NCBI GenBank assembly: GCA_005222975.1
Contig: NJBI01000014.1
Span: 1-60,636 of the forward strand
DNA: 60,636 bases
Reading direction: 5' to 3'
From: Promethearchaeota archaeon Loki_b31
GTDB taxonomy: Archaea; Asgardarchaeota; Lokiarchaeia; Sigyniarchaeales; SOKP01
The notes beneath the pieces are model-generated. The model worked only from the letters and a program-made list of their open reading frames with translations, did not search any database and was not told the DNA's origin. The translations under genes were made by a program, and so were the position numbers. Shown here in pieces: positions 37,704 to 48,049 of this stretch; position 1 is the first letter of the stretch, and each line of letters starts with the position of its first letter.

Positions 37704-39335
37704 TTGAAAAAAATGAGTTATGATATAGTTATTAAGAATGGAAGGATTATTAATGGGGCTGGTAATCCCTGGTTTTACGGAGAAATTGGGATTAAGGATG
37801 GAAAAATTGCCAGAATAAGACCAAAAATTAACGAAGACGCTAAAAAAGTAATCGACGCTAGCGGAATGATCGTCTGTCCTGGATTTATAGATATTCACTC
37901 TCATACGGATTATATCTTACCCGTTAGTAGGAGTCAAGAGTCCACTTTATGTCAAGGAGTTACTACTGCTGTTGTGGGCATGTGTGGATCTGGGATGGCT
38001 CCCATTCCAGAAGGAAAGGAAGACGAATTTAAAAGGAGGATGAATACCCTGGATCCTGTTCTTGAACAATTTGAATACCCATATCATACATTTAAAGAAT
38101 ATCTGGATTATAACGAGCGGAAAAGAAATCCCGCCAATTTAATCTTTTTTGTAGGATATGAAAACCTGCGATGGGCGGGTGGTCAAGGAGGTGAAGATCG
38201 GTCCGCTACACCTGAAGAGCTTGAAAATATGAAAGGTTATTTAAGAGAAGCAATGGAAGCGGGGGCATTCGGTATGAGTACTGGATTAATATATGCCCCT
38301 CAAATGTTTGGTACTACAATTGAAATCATCAAATTAGCTAAGGTCGTTGCTGAATATAACGGATTGTATTTTTCTCACATTCGTGGCGAAGGGGAGACTG
38401 TTATAAAAGCCGTAAAGGAAGTAATTGAGATAGTTGAGAAATCGGGTTGTGCTGGTGGCCAAATAGCACATCATAAAGTTGCTGGTGAAGAATTTTGGGG
38501 CAGGAGCAAGGATACTATTCGCCTAATTGAAGAAGCAAATGAACGAGGCCTAAGTATTACTTGCGATCAATACCCTTATAATCGTGGGATGGCTGACCTT
38601 GCAACAGCGCTCCCTCCTTGGGCACGTAAAGGAAGTAATGATGACATATTAGAACGCATAAAAGATCCTAAGATCCAAGAAAGAATCAAAAAGGATGTTG
38701 AAAAAGGCATTGAGGGATGGGAAAACTGGATCCGAGACGAAGGCATGAAAAACTTGTATATTGCAACAGTTAATTCTGATAAATGGAAAGATGTTGTCGG
38801 TAAAAATTTAACAGAAATCACTCAGATAAAAGGGAACTCTGATGATTGGGAAACATTCTTTCAATTACTAATCGATAATGCGTTAGGTGTATTGTTAACG
38901 ATTGAATGCATGGGTGAAGAAGATATTCGCAGAATTATGACTAGCCGCTATCAAATGGTAGGCACAGATGGATTTGGATTCCCCGCCTCCTTTAGTGCGG
39001 GAGCATACCACCCTCGATGCTTTGGGACATACCCCCGAGTTCTTGGTAAGTATGTGAGAGAAGAAAAAATTATGACTTTAGAACAAGCTATTCGTAAAAT
39101 GACATCCTTTCCAGCTCAACGACTCAGACTTCAAGATAGAGGCCTTGTTCTAGAAGGGAATTGGGCTGACATAGTTATCTTTAATCCCGACAAAATTATT
39201 GATAAAGGAACTTATGAGCAACCTTACCAGCTTCCTGAAGGAATCCCACATGTTATTGTCAATGGTGTGATCGTCGTCCAAAACGGAAAAAAAAATAAAA
39301 AATCACCGGGAATTGTGATACGACGTCCCACTTAA
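37704..39335 (+). CDS. N-acyl-D-amino-acid deacylase (D-aminoacylase; likely start 37713)
   Basis: PGFIDIHSH, GMCG, STGLIY, SHIRGE, HPRCFGTYPRVLG and ADIVIF. Confidence 0.92.
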   Translation: MKKMSYDIVIKNGRIINGAGNPWFYGEIGIKDGKIARIRPKINEDAKKVIDASGMIVCPGFIDIHSHTDYILPVSRSQESTLCQGVTTAVVGMCGSGMAPIPEGKEDEFKRRMNTLDPVLEQFEYPYHTFKEYLDYNERKRNPANLIFFVGYENLRWAGGQGGEDRSATPEELENMKGYLREAMEAGAFGMSTGLIYAPQMFGTTIEIIKLAKVVAEYNGLYFSHIRGEGETVIKAVKEVIEIVEKSGCAGGQIAHHKVAGEEFWGRSKDTIRLIEEANERGLSITCDQYPYNRGMADLATALPPWARKGSNDDILERIKDPKIQERIKKDVEKGIEGWENWIRDEGMKNLYIATVNSDKWKDVVGKNLTEITQIKGNSDDWETFFQLLIDNALGVLLTIECMGEEDIRRIMTSRYQMVGTDGFGFPASFSAGAYHPRCFGTYPRVLGKYVREEKIMTLEQAIRKMTSFPAQRLRLQDRGLVLEGNWADIVIFNPDKIIDKGTYEQPYQLPEGIPHVIVNGVIVVQNGKKNKKSPGIVIRRPT

Positions 39336-39540
39336 AATATATGGAAAAAAATAATTCATTAAAAATTTTTTTCTCTCTTCCATAAAAACTGTTTATATTT
39401 AATCAACATCAATCTTTATACTCAAAGGCAACGATTTAACTAGATTAATTTATAAAATATTAAATTAATATTTTTAATATATATTCAATTAACACATCCA
39501 TAGATTATTAAAAATCAAAATAAAATAATGGTTGTTTATT

Positions 39541-39681
39541 GTGGCTAAATGGGAATGTAGTGCGTGTGGTTACATTTACGATGAGGAGAAAGAAGGAACA
39601 AGATTTGCAGATTTACCTGATGATTGGGTTTGCCCAGTCTGCGGCGTAGACAAATCTTTCTTCTCGATAATATCCGATTAG
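39541..39681 (+). CDS. Rubredoxin (46 aa, GTG start; not in ORF track)
   Basis: [32 protein letters not shown]. Confidence 0.93.
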   Translation: MAKWECSACGYIYDEEKEGTRFADLPDDWVCPVCGVDKSFFSIISD

Positions 39682-39760
39682 TTCATTTTAATAATTTTTA
39701 TTTTTTTTTTCTTAGCATTTTTTTAAATCGAAATCTTTTTAAGGTTATGGTTTATTATAG

Positions 39761-40124
39761 GTGTTAGTTATTCAAAGTCATTCAAGCTAACAATTAATTT
39801 TGGTACGTCCAATGTGTGGCAGATACCTTTAAAAAACATTAGCAGGACGGCGACAGAATGGACACCCTCCCATATCTTAAAACACTAGGCCATCGCTTTA
39901 GCGAGGAGCTTATAAATAAAAATTAGGGCACGACCCAGAGAGGCCGTCTAATGGCTTTATAGCTGATTCCATTTATATAATGGAATTTTTCGAAACATTG
40001 GCTCATGAGGGTAAGGATAAGGTAGGGCTCTACCACTTATAGCTTGAGCTATCAATTTTTGAGGTTACTTGCTCGTTCTGTTTAAGAAAAAAAGTTTAGT
40101 GATTAGAAGCGAACTTTAGTTCGC
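39761..40124 (+). ncRNA. Unclassified structured non-coding RNA candidate
   Basis: About 42% GC over 39801-40080 (hand count) versus about 13% in 39681-39740. More than 10 nested helices with G-U pairs on the + strand, no convincing ORF, and an upstream TATA-like TTTTTAAG. Confidence 0.6.
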
Positions 40125-40147
40125 AAGGATTTTTTTTTATTTTTTTT
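40109..40147 (+). terminator. Hairpin plus oligo-T terminator
   Basis: GCGAAC-TTTA-GTTCGC followed by long T runs at 40130-40147. Confidence 0.6.
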
Positions 40148-40165
40148 ATTTAATCATCTTAAAAT

Positions 40166-42760
40166 TCATTCTAGAACGTCGTAACGGTAAAATAGCTTTA
40201 TAACTATTTTTAAAACCCAATATAACTTTCCTGGAATCCGACCAATTAAAGCGTTAAAAATAGTCATCATATCGCTTTCTAACGAATGAATATTATGCTC
40301 AAAATCGGGATAACATAATCCTCCAGTAACTTTAGGTGGACTACCAAAACTTTTAACAATTTCCCATGGACCATCGTGATTTCTTGCCCCTAACCATGTC
40401 TTATCAGATTTAATTAGACCTATTTGACCTGATTTCAGTTTAATTTCGCCATAAATGTTAATTGGACCAATTCCTCCGCTACAATCATTATTTTCGATAA
40501 AGATTAGATTTTCACCACTTTCTAGATCCTTTTTAATATCAAATATTTGAATATTATTTTCTAAAACCACATAATTTAACGAACGTTTGGTTATTACATG
40601 GCCGATATGATTATTATTTAGACTGATTTTTGCGAAAGTCCCTCCTATTACTTGTAAGTAAGCACTTTCAATTTCTTCGTCGATTTCAATCGTTTTTTTA
40701 AAGTAAGTAGTGTGAGTTTGGTGCTTTTTCTTAGCGTCAAGGTAAATTAATTCACTAGGAATATTTGGGTTCCGCCATTTGCTTCTGTTTCGAGTTTCTT
40801 CGACTTTTTCATCGTAAAATTTCAGTAACCACATATATTTCCTCTTTATTGATTCAAAACCATCTTCTTTTGCAACGCTCAACCACAAGATTTCGTATTC
40901 CTTTAGGAGTTCGTTTAAATCCCTTTTTAAAGCCTCAATTTCTTTTACTATTAGTAATAAATATTCGTCTTTTACTCTTTTAGACCGAAAATCAACTAAT
41001 TTTTTAGAGTTAATTCTCTTCTTGCAGTAAAATTTAATATGCTTCGCAATAAAGGCTAAAACTCTAATATTTTCCTTATTCTTTGGCGCAATTTTCTCTA
41101 AATCTTTACATATGACAATAATTTCATCCATATTTTTGATTAAAGAATCGAATTTAGAGGTTTTTAGATTTTTTCTATATAACGAACTTTTCTTGTTATA
41201 TGGGTGACTGAAAAAGTGATTATAATAAAAAGTAGGTCTTATATGTAAACGCTTTTTATCTTCAACAGCTCTTAAGGTTCTTATAACTTTAAATAACCTA
41301 GGATCGTTAATTCCAAAAAAATTTAGTAAAAGGCTTTTCCAAAATTTAATTGGATTTACATTTTTCGAAGGATTCCAGCCAACTTGTGAAGAGTAAATAA
41401 AGCCGTAAAATCTATTTTCTCTAATTTCCTTATTTGAATAGTCTCCCCAACTTGAAGTTATTTCTCCTATAGCTCCGTTTTCATAACCGTTTTTAATTAG
41501 GTTTGATATGTTTTTTTCAGAGCGGGTGAACGATGGAAACAATCGATTGTAATCTATAATAGAAGGACTAACAATTATAGGTAATTTAAATTCTTTTATT
41601 TTTTTTAAAATTGGATGGTTTTCTTTCGTATTATATTTCCAATACATTACAATCATATCCTTGGGTAAACCCTCTAAAACTTCTCGATACTTGTAGAGGA
41701 TATCATGGTATATAATGATTTTTTTATATCCATGACTTTTAACGATCTCGTAAATCTTTTTGTAATGTTTTAAGTACGCATTACCAATTCCTATCTTGTC
41801 TACATATTCTTTTGAAGCTCCTTTCCCTACATCCCAACTTTCATCGGCTCCTATATGGAAGTATTCAGATTTGAACACTTCACTTAAATCCTTTATCATA
41901 CCATCTAATATCTCATAGATTTTGTCGTTTGCGATGTTCAAACTATTTGAGCCTGGAAATTCCCCATATTGCCAATATTTTTTTTTGTGTAATATGTTAT
42001 CCCAATGACCAATCGTTTGAAAAATAGGTATTAATTCTACAAAATGTTTTTTCGCATAAGCGAATAAATCTTTTATTTCTGCTTTAGAATAAGCTCCTCT
42101 GCCTTTGCCGATATCTGGATATTTTTCAAATTTAAACATATCCTGCATATAAACTAAATAATAATGGTTAATTTTGAAGTGGCTTAGCGTTTTAATGAAT
42201 TTCTTTAAATTTTCAACTGTTGCTGCTTGACCTCTAGATATATCATCCGACACTCCTCTAATTTTTAATAGGGGGAAATCAATAATGACTACTTGACTTA
42301 TCAATTTCTTGGTCGAAGTCGAATTCATTAGTTGAATTAAAGTTTGAATCCCATAGAATATTCCTTGTGAAGAATCCGCTTCTATGTATATTTTTGACTT
42401 ATTTGAAATTAGAATATATCCCTGTTCAATTTTGTTTTTATTATGCAAAAAATCATCAAAATTTAATTCAGGAAAGTTTTTCTTACAAATCTCTATAACT
42501 GATTCACTTTGAGGGAGCTTTAGATTTTCTTGGACATATTTAATTTCTAATTCTCTTTCAAATCCTAAAATTTCTATTTGTTTTTGAAACTGATCAATAA
42601 TAAAGGAATCTTTTCTAGGTAAATTAGATATAATTGATGATTTTTCACTGAATTTTAATAATTGAAGATTTATTAACTTGAAATAATTTGGTTCTGGAAT
42701 TAGTAAAACTTCTTCATGATTTAATTCAGTTCGAATTAAGTTATCAAGACAAATGAACAT
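40166..42760 (-). CDS. Glycoside hydrolase family 20 (beta-N-acetylhexosaminidase-like)
   Basis: [21 protein letters not shown] and FHIGADE catalytic DE pair. Confidence 0.9.
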   Translation of the reverse strand: MFICLDNLIRTELNHEEVLLIPEPNYFKLINLQLLKFSEKSSIISNLPRKDSFIIDQFQKQIEILGFERELEIKYVQENLKLPQSESVIEICKKNFPELNFDDFLHNKNKIEQGYILISNKSKIYIEADSSQGIFYGIQTLIQLMNSTSTKKLISQVVIIDFPLLKIRGVSDDISRGQAATVENLKKFIKTLSHFKINHYYLVYMQDMFKFEKYPDIGKGRGAYSKAEIKDLFAYAKKHFVELIPIFQTIGHWDNILHKKKYWQYGEFPGSNSLNIANDKIYEILDGMIKDLSEVFKSEYFHIGADESWDVGKGASKEYVDKIGIGNAYLKHYKKIYEIVKSHGYKKIIIYHDILYKYREVLEGLPKDMIVMYWKYNTKENHPILKKIKEFKLPIIVSPSIIDYNRLFPSFTRSEKNISNLIKNGYENGAIGEITSSWGDYSNKEIRENRFYGFIYSSQVGWNPSKNVNPIKFWKSLLLNFFGINDPRLFKVIRTLRAVEDKKRLHIRPTFYYNHFFSHPYNKKSSLYRKNLKTSKFDSLIKNMDEIIVICKDLEKIAPKNKENIRVLAFIAKHIKFYCKKRINSKKLVDFRSKRVKDEYLLLIVKEIEALKRDLNELLKEYEILWLSVAKEDGFESIKRKYMWLLKFYDEKVEETRNRSKWRNPNIPSELIYLDAKKKHQTHTTYFKKTIEIDEEIESAYLQVIGGTFAKISLNNNHIGHVITKRSLNYVVLENNIQIFDIKKDLESGENLIFIENNDCSGGIGPINIYGEIKLKSGQIGLIKSDKTWLGARNHDGPWEIVKSFGSPPKVTGGLCYPDFEHNIHSLESDMMTIFNALIGRIPGKLYWVLKIVIKLFYRYDVLE

Positions 42761-42866
42761 AAATATAATGTATTATTAACAAATAATAAGATTTTTCAAT
42801 TATATTTTCTTCTTGCCCTAATTAAAAAAACCTTATCATTATTTGAGAATAAAAAGATTGTCCCTT

Positions 42867-43142
42867 TTATACAGCTCCAATTGTAATTAAAGATTGATTT
42901 TTAGTAAGTTTATCTAATAGTAAATCAATTATCTCACTCGTAGAAGAAATTTCTAGTTGCTCTAATCTCATCTTCAAAGAATTTGCTATTGAATTCTTAA
43001 AATCAATAAATTCAAGTTGATTCAGGGGCTTAAAAGGTCCCACCTCATCTTTAATGGCTAATTTTATTAAACCTCTACCTGCGGGGGAACTTATATTGAT
43101 TTTTTCAGCTAAGTTGTTTCCTAAGATTTTAATTATTTCCAT
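42867..43142 (-). CDS. Hypothetical small helical protein
   Basis: 91-aa ORF overlapping the upstream membrane-protein gene. Confidence 0.65.
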   Translation of the reverse strand: MEIIKILGNNLAEKINISSPAGRGLIKLAIKDEVGPFKPLNQLEFIDFKNSIANSLKMRLEQLEISSTSEIIDLLLDKLTKNQSLITIGAV

Positions 43143-43944
43143 TATTTCGCCTTTTAGATAATTGGTTTCTTATCAAAGTCATTAATTCTTCTTCAGTAAA
43201 TTCTCTATCCTTTACAGGTTGATAGTTTCTATTTATATACTTTTTTAACCAATTTGGCATAATCCAAGCTAAAAAGAATCCAACCGAAAAAATTACTGCT
43301 AATACTGCCGTTGTGCCAAAAACAGCTACACTTATTAAATTACTTGGAGGCCCCCATAAAATATCGTATGGTTGGAAAAATTCAGGTATACCGTGAAAAC
43401 TCATAATAAATGAGAGGATTGAGATTAATCTATATCTAACTTTTATCCATGGTTCAATATCTTGGTTTTTAACAATTTTATATGCTGAATAAGATGACCA
43501 TGCCATCCAATTAAAAACTAAAAGATTATAGGGAAGATCAAAAGAGACCTTTAAAAAGTAAATAAGAGGAGTACGCTCAATAGCCATCATTCCATGAAAA
43601 ATTAGCTGAATAATAGCTAACACTATTACTACAATAAGTATTAGTTTAGCAGGAGATTTACGATTTTTATGAAATGTTAAATTAGTAAATATTACCGCAA
43701 GAATAAAACCGATAGTAATAAAAATCTCTTGGAAAAAATAACCTGGTTCAATATTCAAAACAAAATTACTAACAAATCCAATCGGTAATACTGTAAATCC
43801 TATCCCTAAGCATGAAAGACCTACCATTTTCCTTTGGATTCCCTTAATCAATAAGAAAATACCCACAATGAATAAAGTACTAAGAAATAACATTAAAAGA
43901 GCTATGAAAATCCAGAATAAAATTACCAAATACATCCTAATCAA
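43129..43944 (-). CDS. Multi-pass (~7 TM) membrane protein
   Basis: About seven hydrophobic segments and a polar C-terminal tail. Confidence 0.75.
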   Translation of the reverse strand: MIRMYLVILFWIFIALLMLFLSTLFIVGIFLLIKGIQRKMVGLSCLGIGFTVLPIGFVSNFVLNIEPGYFFQEIFITIGFILAVIFTNLTFHKNRKSPAKLILIVVIVLAIIQLIFHGMMAIERTPLIYFLKVSFDLPYNLLVFNWMAWSSYSAYKIVKNQDIEPWIKVRYRLISILSFIMSFHGIPEFFQPYDILWGPPSNLISVAVFGTTAVLAVIFSVGFFLAWIMPNWLKKYINRNYQPVKDREFTEEELMTLIRNQLSKRRNNGNN

Positions 43945-44049
43945 ATTTTAAGAAAGTTTTAATTATTTAGATAGAAAAGAGATTTTTAATTTAAATCTAG
44001 TGAAAAAAAAGATCATATTATTATCACGAATAATATTTTTTCGAAAACA

Positions 44050-45594
44050 TTACACTTCTTTTATCATTAAAATAAATTTACTACCTTTCGAATGGTCTCC
44101 CTTAACTTTATCTTCGACCCATATCTTTCCTTGATAACTCTCAACCAATTTTTTTACTAATGACAAGCCTAAACCTAGCCTATTAAAACTACTGGATTCC
44201 AAAGCTCCTTTTTGAAAAATGGTGAGTTTCTGAGCATCTGGTATTCCTAATCCGTTATCTATGAATTCTAATCTGATATAATTAATATTATCTTGAACTT
44301 CTTTTAAAACATTTACTTGGATTTCAATCATAGAGTTTCTATTGTGTTTCACCGCATTATGTAAGATATTTTCGAGGACATCTTGTAAGAGACTATTTGC
44401 TTTAACATTAGTTTCATCGTATTCTGTATTGCATTGCGAGACAATTTGTTTTTTTGGAAACATCTTACGAATATTATCTAAAGAGATATCAATTAGGTTA
44501 AAAACATTAATCGGAGTAATTGTATTTTCAATATCACTAATCGAAGATATTTTTCTAATATTTGAGACGAGTTTTGCTCCACGATGAACTTGATCTTCAA
44601 TCATGTCATATAAATTTTCTAAACTTAATTGGGTTTGAGCATTTTTTAAACTTAATTTACACAACTCAATTGAAGAGAGTATCCCTTGTAAGATGTTGCT
44701 TACATCGTGAGCAAACACATCTTTATAAAATTCTGCTCTATTATATGCGTCCTTATATTTCTTTTCTGATTTTTTAAGAATTTTTTCTGTTTTAATTCTT
44801 TCTGTGATATCTTCGTAAGTGCTTAGCAATCCAACAACTTTTTTATTTATGTCATGTAAAGGAATCTTATTAGCATCAAGCCAAGCTCCTTTCCCATCTG
44901 CTTGAAGTTGAGGTAAAATTATGTGATATTCTGGCTTGTTAGTGTCCATGACTAATTGATCGATTTCAAAAAATGACTCTGCTTCCGAAACTTTCCAAGG
45001 TAATTCGTAATCCGTTTTATTTGTTATCTCATCGGGTGTACTAAGACCTGCAACTCTAGCAAAATTACTATTGCAACCCAAATATGTAGATTTTCGGTCC
45101 TTCCAAGAAATAAGTTGTGGAATATTATCAATTACTAACTGGAACATTTGTTTGTTTTCTCTTAATTCGCTTTCTATACCTTTTTGATTCGTAATATCCC
45201 GTATTATCCCAATAAAGAAATTTGGTTCGTTTTTTTTATTTTTAATTAAACTTAAACTTAATTCTCCTATAAATCTCGAATCATTCGCTCCAGAGAAGTT
45301 ATATTCTACCATTTTTAAAAATCCTTGATTTATGGCTTTTTCAAGATCTTCTTTAAATGGCTCTCGGTCTTCTGATACTACGAAATCTATTATATTTTTT
45401 CCAATAAAATCTTCTATACTTTTTGTAGCATAAAAATTTTGGATGTTTCGTGAAATATTTATGATATTTCCTTCTAAATCTAGAATTACGACTAAATCTG
45501 GGAACGTTTTCATTAAAGCATTGTATAAATCGATAATCATTTCGAATAGATTGTCAATTTCCATTCCATCCTTATTATCGTTGGAAAAAACCAT
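44050..45594 (-). CDS. PAS-PAS sensor histidine kinase
   Basis: Two PAS/PAC units (RDIT, EDITE), H-box FAHDVSN, N-box NILHNAVKH, and DNGLGI/GLGLSL G-boxes. Confidence 0.93.
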   Translation of the reverse strand: MVFSNDNKDGMEIDNLFEMIIDLYNALMKTFPDLVVILDLEGNIINISRNIQNFYATKSIEDFIGKNIIDFVVSEDREPFKEDLEKAINQGFLKMVEYNFSGANDSRFIGELSLSLIKNKKNEPNFFIGIIRDITNQKGIESELRENKQMFQLVIDNIPQLISWKDRKSTYLGCNSNFARVAGLSTPDEITNKTDYELPWKVSEAESFFEIDQLVMDTNKPEYHIILPQLQADGKGAWLDANKIPLHDINKKVVGLLSTYEDITERIKTEKILKKSEKKYKDAYNRAEFYKDVFAHDVSNILQGILSSIELCKLSLKNAQTQLSLENLYDMIEDQVHRGAKLVSNIRKISSISDIENTITPINVFNLIDISLDNIRKMFPKKQIVSQCNTEYDETNVKANSLLQDVLENILHNAVKHNRNSMIEIQVNVLKEVQDNINYIRLEFIDNGLGIPDAQKLTIFQKGALESSSFNRLGLGLSLVKKLVESYQGKIWVEDKVKGDHSKGSKFILMIKEV

Positions 45595-45811
45595 AGACAG
45601 TAATACCTCTTCGAGTAAATTTTTTTTTTAATAATTTTACTTTGATATTAAGAAATTATCTAAAAAATAATAGAAATTGTTTAATTTATATGTTTCTTAG
45701 TGTCATTTTGTTTTCTTTTTATTAAGAAATTCTATGAATTATTCTCTTTGGATAATTAGTTTTATAAAAGATGAAAGTTAAATATAAGTTGAAACTTATA
45801 AATTTAAATAA

Positions 45812-46441
45812 GTGCTTAAAATAATGGAGAGTAAAAGATCAAAAAAGAATCGGGATTTTCTTGGATATTATCTACCAAAAAATCCTTTTTCAATTGCTAT
45901 CACTAGTATTTTTGCTGCTCTTACATGTGTATTAACAATGCTCATCTCGATTCCTGTTCCAGCTACAGGAGGTTATATAAATATTGGAGATGTCGGAGTG
46001 ATGTTAACAGCTTTAATATTTGGGCCAGTTATTGGTTCATTAGGTGGAGGAATTGGTTCCGCTTTAGCGGATATTTTTCTAGGATATCCAATTTGGGCAC
46101 CTGCCACATTTATCGTGAAAGGCTTAGAAGGTTTAATAGTTGGTTTAATTGCGAACCCAAGAAAAGTTCGTACTTACTTTAATTTCTATGATATCATTGC
46201 TGTTATTATTGGGGGTCTAACAATGGTTTTTGGTTATTTTATTGTTGAAGCGTTTGTATTCAATTTTGGAATAGCACCAGCTCTAGTTGAGCTCCCTGGA
46301 AACTTATTTCAATCCATAATAGGGGCAATTATTTCAATAAGTTTCGTAGTAGTATTGAGAATCGTAATTAAAATAAGCAATCCTCAAGTTTTTGATCTAA
46401 TTTTCATCCCTATTGAGATTGATGAATTAGGATCCTCTTAA
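45812..46441 (+). CDS. ECF transporter S component
   Basis: IPVPATGGYINIGD, GIGSALAD and APATFIVKG. Confidence 0.9.
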   Translation: MLKIMESKRSKKNRDFLGYYLPKNPFSIAITSIFAALTCVLTMLISIPVPATGGYINIGDVGVMLTALIFGPVIGSLGGGIGSALADIFLGYPIWAPATFIVKGLEGLIVGLIANPRKVRTYFNFYDIIAVIIGGLTMVFGYFIVEAFVFNFGIAPALVELPGNLFQSIIGAIISISFVVVLRIVIKISNPQVFDLIFIPIEIDELGSS

Positions 46442-46442
46442 G

Positions 46443-47876
46443 TTAAAGGAGCGTAATAAGGATATCCAAAGCATCTAAAACTTTTTTACCTTTATTGGTG
46501 ATAAAATACAAAACGATTTTTCCTTCTTTCTTACGAGAAATTAAACTATTCTCTTCTAACTTTTTTAAATGCTGATAAATTGCAGCTAAACTTATGTTTC
46601 CTATTAGTTCTTGAATTTTAGTACCACTTATTCCCTTAATGCTTGTTAAGGAAATCTGTGATAAAATTTTTAACTTAGTAATTATAATTGAACCCTTTCC
46701 AGTAGTTTTGGTTTGAGATGATATCGCTTCGAAGACATAGGGTGCTTTTAATCCGCTTCCTGTGATTAAACATATTATTTTATCGTCAGAGTCGAATTTC
46801 TCTTCCTTATTCAAAATATGAACTGCTGCTAGTGTTAAAGCCGATGAAGGTTCCGCGAATATGCCCTCATTTCTGATAAGTTCATCAATCGAATTTAAAA
46901 TCATACTTTCAGGAATAGCAATCACAGTACCTTTACTTTCTTTTACAAATCTGATAGCAAGCTCTTTATATAAAGGTTCTTTTACTAAAACTCCTAATGC
47001 GTGCGATTTAGAATTCTTTTGTTTTGCCAATTTTTCTTGCTTTTTTCCAAAAAAGTCGTTTACTATTGGTGAGGAGAATTCTGATTGCACTCCAACTAAT
47101 TTTGGTATTTGTTCAATTATATCACTCTCCTTGAGTTCATTAAAACCCTTCCATAAGCTAACTAATAGCTCACCACTCCCCATTGGAATTAAAACCCAAT
47201 CGGGAGGACCCTTTTGCAAATAAATCTCAAATGCTATAGTTTTTTGAGCTTCTATCGTAAGAGGATTATATTCTGGAGTGCTTTGATAATAAATATTATA
47301 TTTTGGCTCTAAAGCGTGTATAATCGTATCATCAACTAAATCCCCCCATATTTCAATTTCTGAGTTGTATGCTATCATCTGTGCCCTTTTTCCAGTATCA
47401 ATTTCATTTGGAATAATATTTAGGCATTCAATTCCTTCTAATGAGGCATAAGCGGCGATAGAGGCGCCTTGATTGCCGTTTGAAGCGCAAACAACCCTTT
47501 GATATTCCCAACTTCGAGCATGTGAAATTAATAACGCACCAACGCGATCTTTAAAGGAGTTTGTTGGATTTATTGTTTCATTTTTAAAGCTCAAAACGTT
47601 TAGTTCTAAAGTTTCGCCAATTCTTTCAGAAGCTTTACATGGCGTTCCACCCTCTCCCAAAGTTACAAGAAATTTTTTATCAATTTTAGGCAAGGCGAAA
47701 TAAAAATCCCAAAAATTATGAATTTGTTTAATTTTAAGAAAAGAGTTCTTGTAGTCACTAATATTTGATTTAACCCAAAGTAAACCATTACAATCTGGAC
47801 ATCTGTATTCTATCGAGTCAAGATTATATTCCTTTTCACAATCAGTACAAATTAATGGAAGTGGTTCGCGAATAAT
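46443..47876 (-). CDS. Threonine synthase-like PLP enzyme with N-terminal Zn ribbon and C-terminal winged-HTH; 5' extended to ATT 47876/47873
   Basis: TLGEGGTP, NPTNSFKDR (PLP Lys), ASNGN and TGSGLK. In-frame upstream CTDC...CPDC; C-terminal IYQHLKKLEENSLI...YFITNKG. Confidence 0.85.
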   Translation of the reverse strand: MIREPLPLICTDCEKEYNLDSIEYRCPDCNGLLWVKSNISDYKNSFLKIKQIHNFWDFYFALPKIDKKFLVTLGEGGTPCKASERIGETLELNVLSFKNETINPTNSFKDRVGALLISHARSWEYQRVVCASNGNQGASIAAYASLEGIECLNIIPNEIDTGKRAQMIAYNSEIEIWGDLVDDTIIHALEPKYNIYYQSTPEYNPLTIEAQKTIAFEIYLQKGPPDWVLIPMGSGELLVSLWKGFNELKESDIIEQIPKLVGVQSEFSSPIVNDFFGKKQEKLAKQKNSKSHALGVLVKEPLYKELAIRFVKESKGTVIAIPESMILNSIDELIRNEGIFAEPSSALTLAAVHILNKEEKFDSDDKIICLITGSGLKAPYVFEAISSQTKTTGKGSIIITKLKILSQISLTSIKGISGTKIQELIGNISLAAIYQHLKKLEENSLISRKKEGKIVLYFITNKGKKVLDALDILITLL

Positions 47877-48049
47877 AAATTACCCTTAAGGATTTATGAT
47901 AATTCCAAAATAATGGCAATATAAGTAATAATTGTTAATATGAGTTATTATATTTTTTTTTATTTCTTAAATTTACGATTGATCGTAAAATTTATATTCA
48001 AGAAATCATCATTTTAATAATTAATTTGGAATTATTTGGTGAATAGAAA

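Noticed and set aside
39829-39873. Minus-strand mini-ORF MGGCPFCRRPANVF with a CPFC motif
   Set aside because: Only 14 codons with an in-frame stop just upstream; better explained as the antisense of the structured RNA.
39761-40124. Assignment as SRP RNA, canonical RNase P RNA, group I/II intron or known riboswitch
   Set aside because: No SRP helix-8 motif, no clear GAGGAAAGUCC/P4, no intron catalytic core or domain V, and no downstream co-oriented gene. There are only short, partial resemblances.
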